Part shown: positions 31,529 through 41,003 of the stretch, in pieces | How the letters are laid out: each line of letters starts with the position of its first letter | Position numbering within the stretch: the stretch's first letter is position 1 | Source of the DNA: Roseiarcus sp. | GTDB lineage: Bacteria > Pseudomonadota > Alphaproteobacteria > Rhizobiales > Beijerinckiaceae | DNA: 64,000 bases | Direction of reading: 5' to 3' | NCBI GenBank assembly: GCA_049513815.1 | Contig: JBEKVR010000005.1 | Span: 1,313-65,312 of the forward strand | Program-made: the position numbers and the translations under genes | Notes under the pieces: generated by a model | Told to the model about the DNA's origin: nothing | What the model saw: the letters and a program-made list of their open reading frames with translations, nothing else | The model's database searches: none

Positions 31529-32623
31529 CTATTGCACGACGAGGTCGGCCTGCAGCGCGCCGGCGGTCTTGATCGCCTGAAGGATGGCGATGATGCCGCT
31601 CGGCTTGACGCCGATTCGATTGAGCCCGTTGACCAGCGTTCTGAGGCTGGAGCCGCCGACGATCGCCACCTGCCCGCCATCCTGTTGCGCGTCGATCGAC
31701 GTGCGCGGCTGCTCGACGGTCTTGCCCTGCGAGAACGGCGCCGGCTGCGATGCGACCGGCGTCTCGTTCACCCTGACCGACAGCGTGCCGTGCGTGACCG
31801 CCACTGTCGAGATCTGCACGTCTTGGCCGATGACCACGGTGCCGGTGCGCGAATCGATGACGACGCGCGCGACGGTGTCCGGTTCGACTGGCAATTCGCC
31901 GATCTCCGCCATGTAGCGGGTGACGCTGATCTCCGGCGGCCGGAACAGTTCGACGGTGCGGTTGGTCGCCTCGAAGGCCGAACGGCGACGGAAGCGGCGC
32001 TGCGAATAGGCGTTGACGGCGTCGACGATGCGCACCGCCGTCGTGTAATCGGGGTTCTTCAGTTCGAGCGTCATGCGCAGCTCGTCGGGCGGCGGCGGCA
32101 CGGCTCGCTGGATGATGGCGCCGTTGGGAATCTGGCCGGCGGTCGGGACGCCCTGCGACAGGGTCTGCGCCTGGCCGGCGACGTCGAAGCCGGTGACGGA
32201 GACGGCGCCCTGCGCGTCGGCGTAGACGAGGCCATCGGAAGCCGAAAGCTGAGTGAGCAGCAGCGTGCCGCCCATCAGCGAGCTCGAATCGCCAAGCGCA
32301 GAGACGGTGACGTCGAGGCGCGAGCCGACGTCCATGCCGGCGGGCAAATCGGCGGTGACGATAACCGCGGCGACGTTGCGATTGGCCAGCGTGCTGCCGC
32401 GCACGTTAATGCCCATGCGGTCGAGCATCGCGCCGAGCGCCTGCTGGGTGAACGGCGAGCTGCGCAGCGAGTCGCCGGTTCCCGCCAGGCCGATCACCAG
32501 GCCGTAGCCGATCAACTGGCTGTCGCTCGCGCCGCGCAAGGCGGTGATGTCCTTGATGCGGACGGCGGCCGCCGCTGAACCGGCCAGCGCGCAGACGAGG
32601 AGAGCGATCAGGAGACGCCGCAT
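31529..32623 (-). CDS. flgI: P-ring protein FlgI
   Basis: VRIKDI, QLIGYGLVIGLAGTGD, NVAAVIVTADLP, ILQAIKTAGALQADL. Confidence 0.96.
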   Translation of the reverse strand: MRRLLIALLVCALAGSAAAAVRIKDITALRGASDSQLIGYGLVIGLAGTGDSLRSSPFTQQALGAMLDRMGINVRGSTLANRNVAAVIVTADLPAGMDVGSRLDVTVSALGDSSSLMGGTLLLTQLSASDGLVYADAQGAVSVTGFDVAGQAQTLSQGVPTAGQIPNGAIIQRAVPPPPDELRMTLELKNPDYTTAVRIVDAVNAYSQRRFRRRSAFEATNRTVELFRPPEISVTRYMAEIGELPVEPDTVARVVIDSRTGTVVIGQDVQISTVAVTHGTLSVRVNETPVASQPAPFSQGKTVEQPRTSIDAQQDGGQVAIVGGSSLRTLVNGLNRIGVKPSGIIAILQAIKTAGALQADLVVQ

Positions 32624-33096
32624 CAGCCGCCGCTCACCCGCACCGCGCCGTCCGGCTGGACGACGCCGGTGACCGTGACGCCGCTGTCGTCGTTGCGCAC
32701 CTTGACGAAGTCGCCCGCCGCGCCGTCCTGCAGCGCCATGCCGACCGCAGAGATCGACAGGTCGCCGTCGATATAGACGAGGTCGACTGTCGCGCCGTTG
32801 ACGACGAGACGCGGAACGTCGATCGCGGCGAGCGGAATCGCTCCGCCCGGCAGCAACGTGCGTCGCGCCATCTTGCCGATCACCGCCGAACGCGTCTCGG
32901 CGAACGGCCCGACGCCGCGTGCGGTGTCGGCCGGCAGATCGGACAGCATGTCGTTGTGAATGACGTCGCCGGGATAGATGACGACGCGCGGCGTCGGCGG
33001 CGCCAGGTCCGCCGTCCCGAGGTCCTGCGCTGCGGCGAAGCCCGCGCCCAACCACAGCCCGGCGGCGAAAACGACGGCGGCGCGTTCGACGCGCAT
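32623..33096 (-). CDS. flgA: P-ring assembly chaperone FlgA
   Basis: IYPGDVI, GKMARRTLLPG, ALQDGAAGDFVKVRN.DSG. Confidence 0.9.
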   Translation of the reverse strand: MRVERAAVVFAAGLWLGAGFAAAQDLGTADLAPPTPRVVIYPGDVIHNDMLSDLPADTARGVGPFAETRSAVIGKMARRTLLPGGAIPLAAIDVPRLVVNGATVDLVYIDGDLSISAVGMALQDGAAGDFVKVRNDDSGVTVTGVVQPDGAVRVSGG

Positions 33097-33107
33097 CAGA
33101 TTTCTCC

Positions 33108-33896
33108 TCAGCTCCGCATGTTGGAGATGGTGCCCGACATCTGGTCGGCGGCCTGGATGACTTTCGAATTCATCTCGTAGGCGCGCTGGGCGGAGATCAG
33201 GTTGGTGATCTCGGACACTGGATCGACGTTCGAGGCTTCGAGATAGCCTTGCTGGATGACGCCGAAGGCGGTGTCGCCGGGGACGCCGACAGTCGGCGCG
33301 CCGGAAGCGACGGTCTGTTGAAACAGGTTGCCGCCCAGCGCTTGCAGTCCGGCCTCGTTGACGAAATTGGCGATCGTGAGCTGGCCGAGCTGTTGCGGCG
33401 TCTGCTGGCCAGCGATCGTGGCGGTCACCATGCCGCTCTGACTGACGGAGACACTGGTGGCGGTCGGCGGAATGGTGATCGCCGGCGTCACCTGATATCC
33501 GTCGGTCGTGACCAACTGTCCCTGGGCATTGGTGTTGAACGCGCCGTCGCGGGTGTAGACCGTATCGCCGTTCGGCGTCGTCACCTGGTACCAGCCGCGG
33601 CCGTTGATCGCCAAGTCGAGCGAATTGCCGGTATTGGTCAGCGCGCCCTGGATCTGCAGCGAGCGGATCGCCGCGGTGCGCACGCCGAGCCCGACCTGCG
33701 CGCCTTCCGGCACGGTGGCGTCGCGGCCGCGGCTGCTCACGCCGGCGAGCCGTTCGGTCTGATAGATGAGATCGGTGAACTCAGCGCGCGAGCGCTTGAA
33801 TCCGGTGGTGTTGATATTGGCGACGTTGTTGGCGATCACTTCGAGATTCTGTTCCTGGGCGTTCATGCCCGTCGCCGCGATCGAAAGCGCTCTCAT
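33108..33896 (-). CDS. flgG: Distal rod protein FlgG
   Basis: [54 protein letters not shown]. Confidence 0.97.
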   Translation of the reverse strand: MRALSIAATGMNAQEQNLEVIANNVANINTTGFKRSRAEFTDLIYQTERLAGVSSRGRDATVPEGAQVGLGVRTAAIRSLQIQGALTNTGNSLDLAINGRGWYQVTTPNGDTVYTRDGAFNTNAQGQLVTTDGYQVTPAITIPPTATSVSVSQSGMVTATIAGQQTPQQLGQLTIANFVNEAGLQALGGNLFQQTVASGAPTVGVPGDTAFGVIQQGYLEASNVDPVSEITNLISAQRAYEMNSKVIQAADQMSGTISNMRS

Positions 33897-33926
33897 GCTT
33901 CGACTTCCCTCTTCGAACCAACCAAC

Positions 33927-34229
33927 TCAGATCGCCATCCGCGAGATTTCCTGATAGGCGGAGACCGCCTTGTCGCGGATCGCCAACATCGACTGGAGCG
34001 TGCGTTGCGCGCCCATGATCGAGTCGACCACTTTGTAGGGCGCCATTCCGCCCTGAAGCCCCTGGATCGCCGCCGCTTCGCCGGTCTGCACCGAGGCAAT
34101 CGAATCGGTGAAAGCCTTGCCGAGCGCGTCGACGAAACTGGTCCCCCCGGTCGCCGAAGTCGCGTTCGTCGCGCCGACGTCGAGACTCTTGCCGATTGCG
34201 CCGACCGCCGAAACTCCGTCAATCGCCAT
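33927..34229 (-). CDS. fliE: Hook-basal body protein FliE
   Basis: SFVDAL, VVDSIMGAQRTLQ..LAIRDKAVSAYQEISRM. Confidence 0.92.
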   Translation of the reverse strand: MAIDGVSAVGAIGKSLDVGATNATSATGGTSFVDALGKAFTDSIASVQTGEAAAIQGLQGGMAPYKVVDSIMGAQRTLQSMLAIRDKAVSAYQEISRMAI

Positions 34230-34382
34230 CGTCTTCGCGCCTGCCGATCCCGGTCCTGCCGGGGGCTGCGGCGCCTCCCTGGTTCGCATTGACGACCGCG
34301 GCGACGGCGAAAGGCGCCGCGTCCGGTCCGGTGCTCTCTGTCATCTCGCTCCGACCTCCGGGTGACGCGCCGACCGGCGCGC

Positions 34383-34802
34383 TCAGGCGTCCTTGAGCAG
34401 GCTGACGGTTTGGCCGAGCAGCTCGGCCGATTGCTTGGCGACTTGGAGATTCGCCTCGTAGGTGCGGTTCGCCTCGCGCATGTCGGCGAGTTCGGTCAGA
34501 ACGTCGACGTTGGGCAACTTGACGAAGCCTCCCGCGTCGGCGGCCGGATTGCCGGGGTCGTGCTCGACCTTGAAGGGGGCGTCGTCCTGGCCGATCGTCT
34601 TGATCCTGACCAGCGGCACGCCGAGCGAACGGTCGAGGACGCTGTCGAACGAAACCGTCTGGCGGGTGTAGGGATCGGCGCCGGGCGTGTCGCCGGTCGA
34701 CTGGGCGTTGGCGATATTCTCGGAAATCACGCGCAGTCGCACTGACTGGGCCTCGAGGCCCGAACCGGCGATACGCAGGGTCGCTTGCAGCGGATCAGGC
34801 AT
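34383..34802 (-). CDS. flgC: Proximal rod protein FlgC
   Basis: [35 protein letters not shown]...[15 protein letters not shown]. Confidence 0.96.
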   Translation of the reverse strand: MPDPLQATLRIAGSGLEAQSVRLRVISENIANAQSTGDTPGADPYTRQTVSFDSVLDRSLGVPLVRIKTIGQDDAPFKVEHDPGNPAADAGGFVKLPNVDVLTELADMREANRTYEANLQVAKQSAELLGQTVSLLKDA

Positions 34803-34808
34803 CGTCGC

Positions 34809-35186
34809 TCACTTCAAAGCCGACATGATCATTTGGTGGATGACGCGCTTGACGTTGGTCGCCATCGTGTAGTCGCGGTTGACCTCGCCGAGCTTCATCA
34901 TCTCGTTTTCGACGTCGACCGAATTGCCGGAGAGCGTCGTCTCCGGCCCGTCCGACTCGACCACCCGCGCCTCGGCGAATGCATCGTTGCCCGGCGTCAT
35001 ATGCGAGGGGTTGGTCGAGACCATCGACACCTGCGCGTTGTCGAGAATCGCCGAAAACGGTTGCAGGTCGGTCGCCTGGAAGCCGGGCGTGTTGGCGTTG
35101 GCGATATTGGCGGCGATCAACTCGTCGCGCGACGACAGCCATTGTGTCCGCTGCGCGGCGAGCTGGAGCACGTAGGGTTGGGACAC
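34809..35186 (-). CDS. flgB: Proximal rod protein FlgB
   Basis: IAANIANANTPGF, SGNSVDVENEMMK. Confidence 0.95.
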   Translation of the reverse strand: MSQPYVLQLAAQRTQWLSSRDELIAANIANANTPGFQATDLQPFSAILDNAQVSMVSTNPSHMTPGNDAFAEARVVESDGPETTLSGNSVDVENEMMKLGEVNRDYTMATNVKRVIHQMIMSALK

Positions 35187-35221
35187 GCGTTGACGTCCGT
35201 TCAGTCAGAGACGTCCGAGGA

Positions 35222-35674
35222 TTACGCCGCCGGCCTTGCTCCAAGCTTGCGCGGCGGCAACCGCGCCGCCGCCACCGCGCCGCGCAACCGTTCGTCCTTG
35301 ATCGCGTCGTCGAGGTCGTCCTCGCCGTCGACCAGCACCTCGACCACATCGATCCCCGCCCGTTTGCGGCCGATCGTCAACTTGAAGAAGGCCGACACCG
35401 CCGCATAGTGGAACTCCATGTCGAGCCGCACCACCGGCGTCGTGTCCCATTGCACGTCGCAGCCTGCCGACAACGCGTAGCGCAGCGCGCCGCCGCGAAA
35501 GAACAGTTCGCCCGACGAGTTGACGAGATCGGCGATGTTTGCCGCCTGCTCGCCGCGGATCATCAGGATCAGTTCGGACGGGTCGGTCAGGCGCAGTTCG
35601 GTGGCGACCTCCACCATCGCCGCGGCGATGATCTGGTCGCGCCGACGATTGCCGGCTTGGGTCAGTTCGCGCAT
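35222..35674 (-). CDS. Conserved hypothetical protein of rhizobial flagellar clusters (downstream of flhB)
   Basis: VATELRL.DP, ANIADLVNSSGELFF, WDTTP.V.LDMEF. Confidence 0.7.
   Translation of the reverse strand: MRELTQAGNRRRDQIIAAAMVEVATELRLTDPSELILMIRGEQAANIADLVNSSGELFFRGGALRYALSAGCDVQWDTTPVVRLDMEFHYAAVSAFFKLTIGRKRAGIDVVEVLVDGEDDLDDAIKDERLRGAVAAARLPPRKLGARPAA
35234..35249 (-). promoter_or_regulatory. Conserved flagellar promoter box upstream of flgB
   Basis: CAAGCTTGGAGCAAGG, ~48 bp before GTG. Confidence 0.65.
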
Positions 35675-35678
35675 CGAC

Positions 35679-36767
35679 TCACCCGTTTCTCACGATCGGC
35701 CACGAGCTTCTCTTTTCATGGATCAGATGAACGATTTCCGCCACGGCGCGGTAGAACTCGGGCGGGATCGCCGCGTCCACCGAAACCGCGGCATAAAGCG
35801 CGCGGGCCAGCGGCCGATCCTCGACGATCGGGACTTCGTGCTGTTCGGCGATTTCGCGGATCTTCAGCGCGATCAGGTCCACGCCTTTGGCCAGCACGAT
35901 TGGCGCGCCGCCCTCGGAACGCACGTAGCGCATCGCCACCGCGTAATGGGTCGGGTTGGCGACCACCATCGTCGCGCGCGGCACCGCTGCCAGCATGCGT
36001 TTGCGCGAACGGTCGAGCCTGAGCGAGCGCAGCCGCGATTTCATCAGCCGGTCGCCCTCGGTCTGCCGCAGCTCCTCTTTGAGCTCGTGCCGGCTCATGC
36101 GCTGGTCGCGCCGCCAATGGATACGCGCCCAGGCGAGATCGGCTGACGCGACAACGAGCGTCGCCACCAGCACCGCGCCGATCACGTCAAGGCACAGCTT
36201 GAGCGCGCGCTGCGGCAGATCGGCGACGTCGTCGAACATCGAGGTCTCCAGCAGCAGGCGCTGGCCGCTGAGGATGAGCGTGACGAGGACGCCGACGGCG
36301 AAGACTTTCAGCAGGCTCTTGAAGAACTCGGTCCAACCGCGCAGACCGAAGATGCGCATGAAGCCGGCGCGCGGCGAGATGCGCGACAGATCGGGCATGA
36401 TCCGGTCCGGCACGAAGCGCGGCGGGTTTTGCGCCGCCGAGGCGACGAGGCCGGCGATCATCAGCAGCAGGACCACCGGAATGATGAATTGGACGGCGGC
36501 GATCCCGACGATCCCGGCAAGCGCCAGCACGTCGTTGGACCGCTCGAGTCGCCAGCCGCCAGCGTCATCGAGAAAGCGCATCAGCGCGCCGACGAACGCC
36601 TCGGTGTGCGACGGCACGATGAAGACGAGAGCGATCAGGATCGCCGTCAGCGAAGCGAGAATCGGCACTTCGCGCGAGACCGGCACGTCGCCGCGCTCGA
36701 CCGCGTCGTGAATCTTCTTTTCCGATGCCTCTTCGGTCTTGCTGTCGGTATCGCGATCTTCGGCCAT
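35679..36767 (-). CDS. flhB: Export specificity switch FlhB
   Basis: KTEEASEKK, RMSRHELKEE.RQTEG, autocleavage NPTH. Confidence 0.97.
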   Translation of the reverse strand: MAEDRDTDSKTEEASEKKIHDAVERGDVPVSREVPILASLTAILIALVFIVPSHTEAFVGALMRFLDDAGGWRLERSNDVLALAGIVGIAAVQFIIPVVLLLMIAGLVASAAQNPPRFVPDRIMPDLSRISPRAGFMRIFGLRGWTEFFKSLLKVFAVGVLVTLILSGQRLLLETSMFDDVADLPQRALKLCLDVIGAVLVATLVVASADLAWARIHWRRDQRMSRHELKEELRQTEGDRLMKSRLRSLRLDRSRKRMLAAVPRATMVVANPTHYAVAMRYVRSEGGAPIVLAKGVDLIALKIREIAEQHEVPIVEDRPLARALYAAVSVDAAIPPEFYRAVAEIVHLIHEKRSSWPIVRNG

Positions 36768-36782
36768 CGCCGCCCCTCCCGG

Positions 36783-37811
36783 CTACGCCGCCTCGGCGCC
36801 GTCGGGCGGGGGGATCTCGATTTCGTTGCGCTGGGCCATCTTGAGCACAAGGTCGGTGATCTGCTTGCGCGCCTTGGCGATGTCGCGCGGCGAGGCGAGC
36901 ATCGGCGTCGCCAACTCGCTCTCGACCAGGCGTTTCGAGCGCGAAGCCATCGCCGACAGCACCGTATCGCGGAACTCGGCGTCGGCGCCGCGCAGCGCCA
37001 TGACCACCGTCTCGGTCTGCAGCTTGTCGAACAGCACCGCGCGGGCCCGCTGCGACAGCCGCGGCAGGTCGTCGAAGGAGAACAGCATCTTCATCACCAT
37101 GCGCGCCTCCTTGGGGCGCGCGGCGACCAGCGACTGCACGACGTCGCGCGCGTCGAGCGGTTCGAGATTGTTGATGATGTCGGCGATGCGGCTGTGGTTG
37201 TCGAGTCCGGCGCCGCGCGCCGTCAGGATGGCGAGGTCCTTGCGCACCCCGTCTTCGACGATGAGCTGAATGTCCTCGGAGAGGACCGGCCTGACGATCA
37301 TCGCCACCAGCACCTCGTTGCGCGCCTCGCGCGGCATACGTGCGACGACCTGGGCCGCCAGCGGCGGGGCGAGTTTCGACAGGATGTAGGTGGCGACCAG
37401 CGGATGCTCGTTGGCGAGATAGGTCTGCAACACCGACTCCGGCACGCCGCCGAGCGCGTTCCATACGCCGAGGTCTCCGGGCATCGAGACATCGGAGAGA
37501 ATGTCGGCGACCTCTTCCGGCGGCGCCACGTCGGTGAGCATGTCGCGCGCCTTGCCGACGTCGCCCATCAAACTGGCGCCGGCCGAAAAGGCGGCGGTGA
37601 ACTCCTCGACCAGCGATTCCAGCTCTCCCGGCGGAATTGCGCCGAGGCGCGCCGCGGCGCGCGTCACTTCGCGCAGCTCGTTTGGCTCGAGATGCTTGAG
37701 CAGGCGTGTAGCGGGCGGCTTGCCCATCGCCAGCAGGATCGCCGCGGCCCTTTGCGGCCCGGCGAGCTGGCGCAGCTCGCGGCTCGATCCGCCGTTGGTC
37801 GTCGCGTCCAT
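36783..37811 (-). CDS. fliG: Motor switch protein FliG
   Basis: RAAAILLAMG, EHPL, MLFSFDDL, ALRGAD. Confidence 0.93.
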   Translation of the reverse strand: MDATTNGGSSRELRQLAGPQRAAAILLAMGKPPATRLLKHLEPNELREVTRAAARLGAIPPGELESLVEEFTAAFSAGASLMGDVGKARDMLTDVAPPEEVADILSDVSMPGDLGVWNALGGVPESVLQTYLANEHPLVATYILSKLAPPLAAQVVARMPREARNEVLVAMIVRPVLSEDIQLIVEDGVRKDLAILTARGAGLDNHSRIADIINNLEPLDARDVVQSLVAARPKEARMVMKMLFSFDDLPRLSQRARAVLFDKLQTETVVMALRGADAEFRDTVLSAMASRSKRLVESELATPMLASPRDIAKARKQITDLVLKMAQRNEIEIPPPDGAEAA

Positions 37812-37824
37812 GTCGGCTCGGCCT

Positions 37825-38199
37825 TCAGGCGACGCGATCGTCGCGCGACGACGCGACGATCTCGGTCAAAGACACCCCGTAGCGGGCGGTTTCCTCGTCG
37901 ACCACCACGACTTCGCCGCGCGCGATGGTTCGACCGTTGACGACAATGTTGACCGGATCGCCGACCTTCTGGTCGAGCGAGACGACCGCGCCGCGGCCAA
38001 GCTTCATCAGACTGGAGACCGGCATGGTCGTGCCGCCGAGCACGACCTGAACGGTGACGGGAATTGAGAGGATGGCGTCGTAGCGCGGCGGACTCGCCGG
38101 CGCGGGAGGGGAAGGCGCGGCGGCGACGGGCGCAGCCTCGGGCTCGGGCTCGGCGGCGGGCTCGGGCAGGTCGCTGAGAGGTTCGAACGTGTCGTCCAT
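37825..38199 (-). CDS. fliN: Motor switch protein FliN
   Basis: ILSIPVTVQVVLG, L.RGAVVSLD..VGDPV..VVNGR.IARGEVVVV. Confidence 0.93.
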   Translation of the reverse strand: MDDTFEPLSDLPEPAAEPEPEAAPVAAAPSPPAPASPPRYDAILSIPVTVQVVLGGTTMPVSSLMKLGRGAVVSLDQKVGDPVNIVVNGRTIARGEVVVVDEETARYGVSLTEIVASSRDDRVA

Positions 38200-38252
38200 G
38201 GCCCTGTGACTCTTTCCTGGGTCGTCTTGCGGCTGCAACCGACTTTGGCGGG

Positions 38253-39197
38253 TTAATTGGCGAGGGCGGATTCGATGGAATTGTCCTCGGGTTCGACCGC
38301 CGTTTCGATTTCCAAGGAGTAGCGGCCGTCGCCTTGTCCGAGCTTGCACCAGAACATCTCGCGTCCCTCGCATTCCAGACGGACCCGGCCCATGCCGGAC
38401 CCATGCAGGGTCAGGACCTGACCGACCGAGAGCGCGGCGATGTCGCCCAACGACATCGGCAACTCGTCGAGCACCGCGGAAACGGCGACGCGAGCGCGGG
38501 CGACGCCTTGCTCGAGCTGGCGCGCCCAACGCGGATCGCCGCCGCCCGTTTCCGCGCCCGGCTCCGCAGCGAGCTGCTTGCGCAGCGGCGCCAGCGCCGC
38601 CTGCGGCGCGAGGACGACAATCGTGAGCGGGCCGACGCGCGTCGCCACATTCAACCGCGCTTCGACCGCCAAGCCGTCGCGCCGGCTGAGCGCGTAAACG
38701 TCGGCAAGCTTCTCCAGGCGTTCGAGGCGCAGTTCGAGGCTGCCGAAGCCGTCGAACGCCGCCTCCAGCGCGCCCGCAAGGCGCCGGGCGAGTTCAGCGA
38801 CGAGATGGAGCTCGATCGTCGTCGCCGGCCGCGGCGACCGTTCGCTCACCGACACGCTCTCGTCGCCGAAGACGGTCGCGACCAGCGACTCGGCGATTTT
38901 GGGATCGAAGATCAGCATCAGCTTGGCGTCAAGCGCCCCGCTGTGCAGCGCCGCGGCCAGTTGTCCCTCGCACTCGCCCAGCGCCGTGAACACGTTCTCG
39001 GGGCGGATGACGTCGAGCGTCGGCGCGGCGTCGAGCTTCAAAAGACTGCCGGCGGCGGCGGGGATGTTGAGCGCGAACTGTTCGAAGGCGAACGCGAGGC
39101 CGGGCAGGCGCTCGAACGCCTGGCCAGCCGAATCGGGCTGTGCGCCCTGCAGCCAGGGCGCGCTCGTCGTCGAGTTTTCGCGTTCCGCGCGGGGCAT
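38253..39197 (-). CDS. fliM: Motor switch protein FliM (divergent)
   Basis: C-terminal SPOA domain (SLGDIAALSVGQVL...FWCKLG); lies between motA and fliN. Confidence 0.8.
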   Translation of the reverse strand: MPRAERENSTTSAPWLQGAQPDSAGQAFERLPGLAFAFEQFALNIPAAAGSLLKLDAAPTLDVIRPENVFTALGECEGQLAAALHSGALDAKLMLIFDPKIAESLVATVFGDESVSVSERSPRPATTIELHLVAELARRLAGALEAAFDGFGSLELRLERLEKLADVYALSRRDGLAVEARLNVATRVGPLTIVVLAPQAALAPLRKQLAAEPGAETGGGDPRWARQLEQGVARARVAVSAVLDELPMSLGDIAALSVGQVLTLHGSGMGRVRLECEGREMFWCKLGQGDGRYSLEIETAVEPEDNSIESALAN

Positions 39198-39200
39198 GGG

Positions 39201-40091
39201 CTAGGCCGCCTCCTTGACCGCGCCTTCGGGCGCCGGCGCCGGGCCGGCGATCGTCTCGTTCTCGACCGTGTCGATCGTCGGTCGCTCCCTGGACGGGATC
39301 GTCTTGCGACCGAACTCGACCGCGACTTGCGGCATGGCGCCGTTCATGAAAGCGAGTAGGCTCTGCTTGACCAGGCTGAACAGGCGCAGTTGCTTCTGGC
39401 GCACGCCCTTGATCTTCAGCGCCACCGGCTGGACGACGGCGTAGGCGAGCAAGATGCCGGAAAACGTGCCGACCAGCGCCGCGCCAATCAGGCCGCCAAG
39501 GATCTCAGGCGACGAATCGAGCGAGCCCATGGCGTGGACGACGCCGAGCACGGCCGCGACGATGCCGAGCGCCGGCAGACTGTCGGCGATGTTCTGCAAT
39601 GCGTGGACCGGCTTGAAACGATCGTTGGCGAGGGTCTCCAGCTCCTCGTCCATCAACGCCTCGATCTCGTGGGTTTTGGCGTTGCCGATGATGATCAGCC
39701 GGCCGTAGTCGCAGATGAAGGTCAGCAGGTCCTTGTTGGCGAGCAGGCGCGGAAAGCCCATGAACACCGGCGACGCTTCCGGGTTGTCGAAATGCGGCTC
39801 GACCTCGGCCCGCGACTTGCCGCGCAACTCGCGCATCAGTGCGTGCAGCGCGCTCAGAACGTCGAGAAAGTCGCGCGGCTTCGGCACCCTGTCGGTGATC
39901 GACTCGACGATCGCCTTGCCGCTGTCCTTGATGGCGGCCATCGGATTGGCGACGATGAAGATGCCCAACGCGGCGCCGCAGATGATCACGAACTCATAGG
40001 GCTGGAACAGCACTTCGAGGTGACCGCCGAGCGCGGCGTAACCGCCGAGAACGCTGCCGATGGCGATGATCAGGCCGATGATGAAATTCAA
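39201..40091 (-). CDS. motA: Stator protein MotA
   Basis: LFQPYEFVII.GAALG, FICDY.R, ADSLPALGIVAAVLGV, GAALVGTFSG. Confidence 0.95.
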   Translation of the reverse strand: MNFIIGLIIAIGSVLGGYAALGGHLEVLFQPYEFVIICGAALGIFIVANPMAAIKDSGKAIVESITDRVPKPRDFLDVLSALHALMRELRGKSRAEVEPHFDNPEASPVFMGFPRLLANKDLLTFICDYGRLIIIGNAKTHEIEALMDEELETLANDRFKPVHALQNIADSLPALGIVAAVLGVVHAMGSLDSSPEILGGLIGAALVGTFSGILLAYAVVQPVALKIKGVRQKQLRLFSLVKQSLLAFMNGAMPQVAVEFGRKTIPSRERPTIDTVENETIAGPAPAPEGAVKEAA

Positions 40092-40134
40092 GTCCTGCTC
40101 CCTGCGCCCTTGGTCGCCGACCGTGCGACGCCAA

Positions 40135-40176
40135 ACTTACGCCAGGCTGTTTCGCCGAGGTCAGCCCCATGCAAGC
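40135..40176. promoter_or_regulatory. Two back-to-back flagellar promoter boxes for divergent motA and flgF
   Basis: ACAGCCTGGCGTAAGT (minus, 40135-40150) and TCAGCCCCATGCAAGC (plus, 40161-40176). Confidence 0.65.
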
Positions 40177-40238
40177 CGTCGGACCGATCGTCGCCCCAGG
40201 GCCGGCCGTCCAGCGGCGCGGCGGCGACGGGTTGGGTC

Positions 40239-40958
40239 ATGCAGAACGGTCTCTACGTTTCGCTGTCGGCGCAGGTGGCGCTCGAACGACGCCTGGAGAC
40301 GGTCGCCAACAACGTCGCCAACATGAACACGGTCGGCTTTCGCGGCGACGCGGTCCATTTCGACACCGAACTCGCCAAGGCTGGCGACAGCTCAATTGCT
40401 TATGTCTCGCCCGGAACCCCGTACATTTCGCGCGACGTCGGCGCAGCAGTGAAGACCGACAACCCCTTCGACGTCGCCATCCAGGGCGACGGCTGGATGT
40501 CGATTCGGACCCAATCCGGGATCGCCTACACGCGCGACGGCCGGATGCGCATGTCGGAAAGCGGGGCGCTGGAAACCCTGATCGGCAACCCGGTGCTCGA
40601 CGCTGGCGGCGCGCCGATCGTCCTCAACCCCGTGGGCTCGACGCCGAACATCGGCGGCGACGGGATGATCTCGCAGGACGGCAAGCAACTCGGCGCAATC
40701 GGCCTATTCTCGATCGACAGCCAGGCCAATCTCGTCCGCACTGAGAACTCCGGCGTCATCCCCGACAAGCCGGCGACGCCGATCCTCGATTTCACCCAGA
40801 GCGGCGTGGCGCAGGGTTATGTCGAGGGCGCGAACGTCAATCCGATCGAGGAAATGACCAAGCTGATCTCCCTGACCCGCAACTTCGACGGCGTCAATTC
40901 GGAGGTTTCGCAGACCGAATCCTCGATGGAAGACGCCATCAAGTCCCTTGCGACTTAG
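40239..40958 (+). CDS. flgF: Proximal rod protein FlgF
   Basis: GLYVSLSAQ, VANNVANMNTVGFR, DVAIQGDGW, YTRDGR, GYVEGANVNPIEEM. Confidence 0.95.
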   Translation: MQNGLYVSLSAQVALERRLETVANNVANMNTVGFRGDAVHFDTELAKAGDSSIAYVSPGTPYISRDVGAAVKTDNPFDVAIQGDGWMSIRTQSGIAYTRDGRMRMSESGALETLIGNPVLDAGGAPIVLNPVGSTPNIGGDGMISQDGKQLGAIGLFSIDSQANLVRTENSGVIPDKPATPILDFTQSGVAQGYVEGANVNPIEEMTKLISLTRNFDGVNSEVSQTESSMEDAIKSLAT

Positions 40959-41003
40959 GACCGTCTCAATGCGCTTGAGCGGCGATGACCAGGGGCGCGG
41001 CCG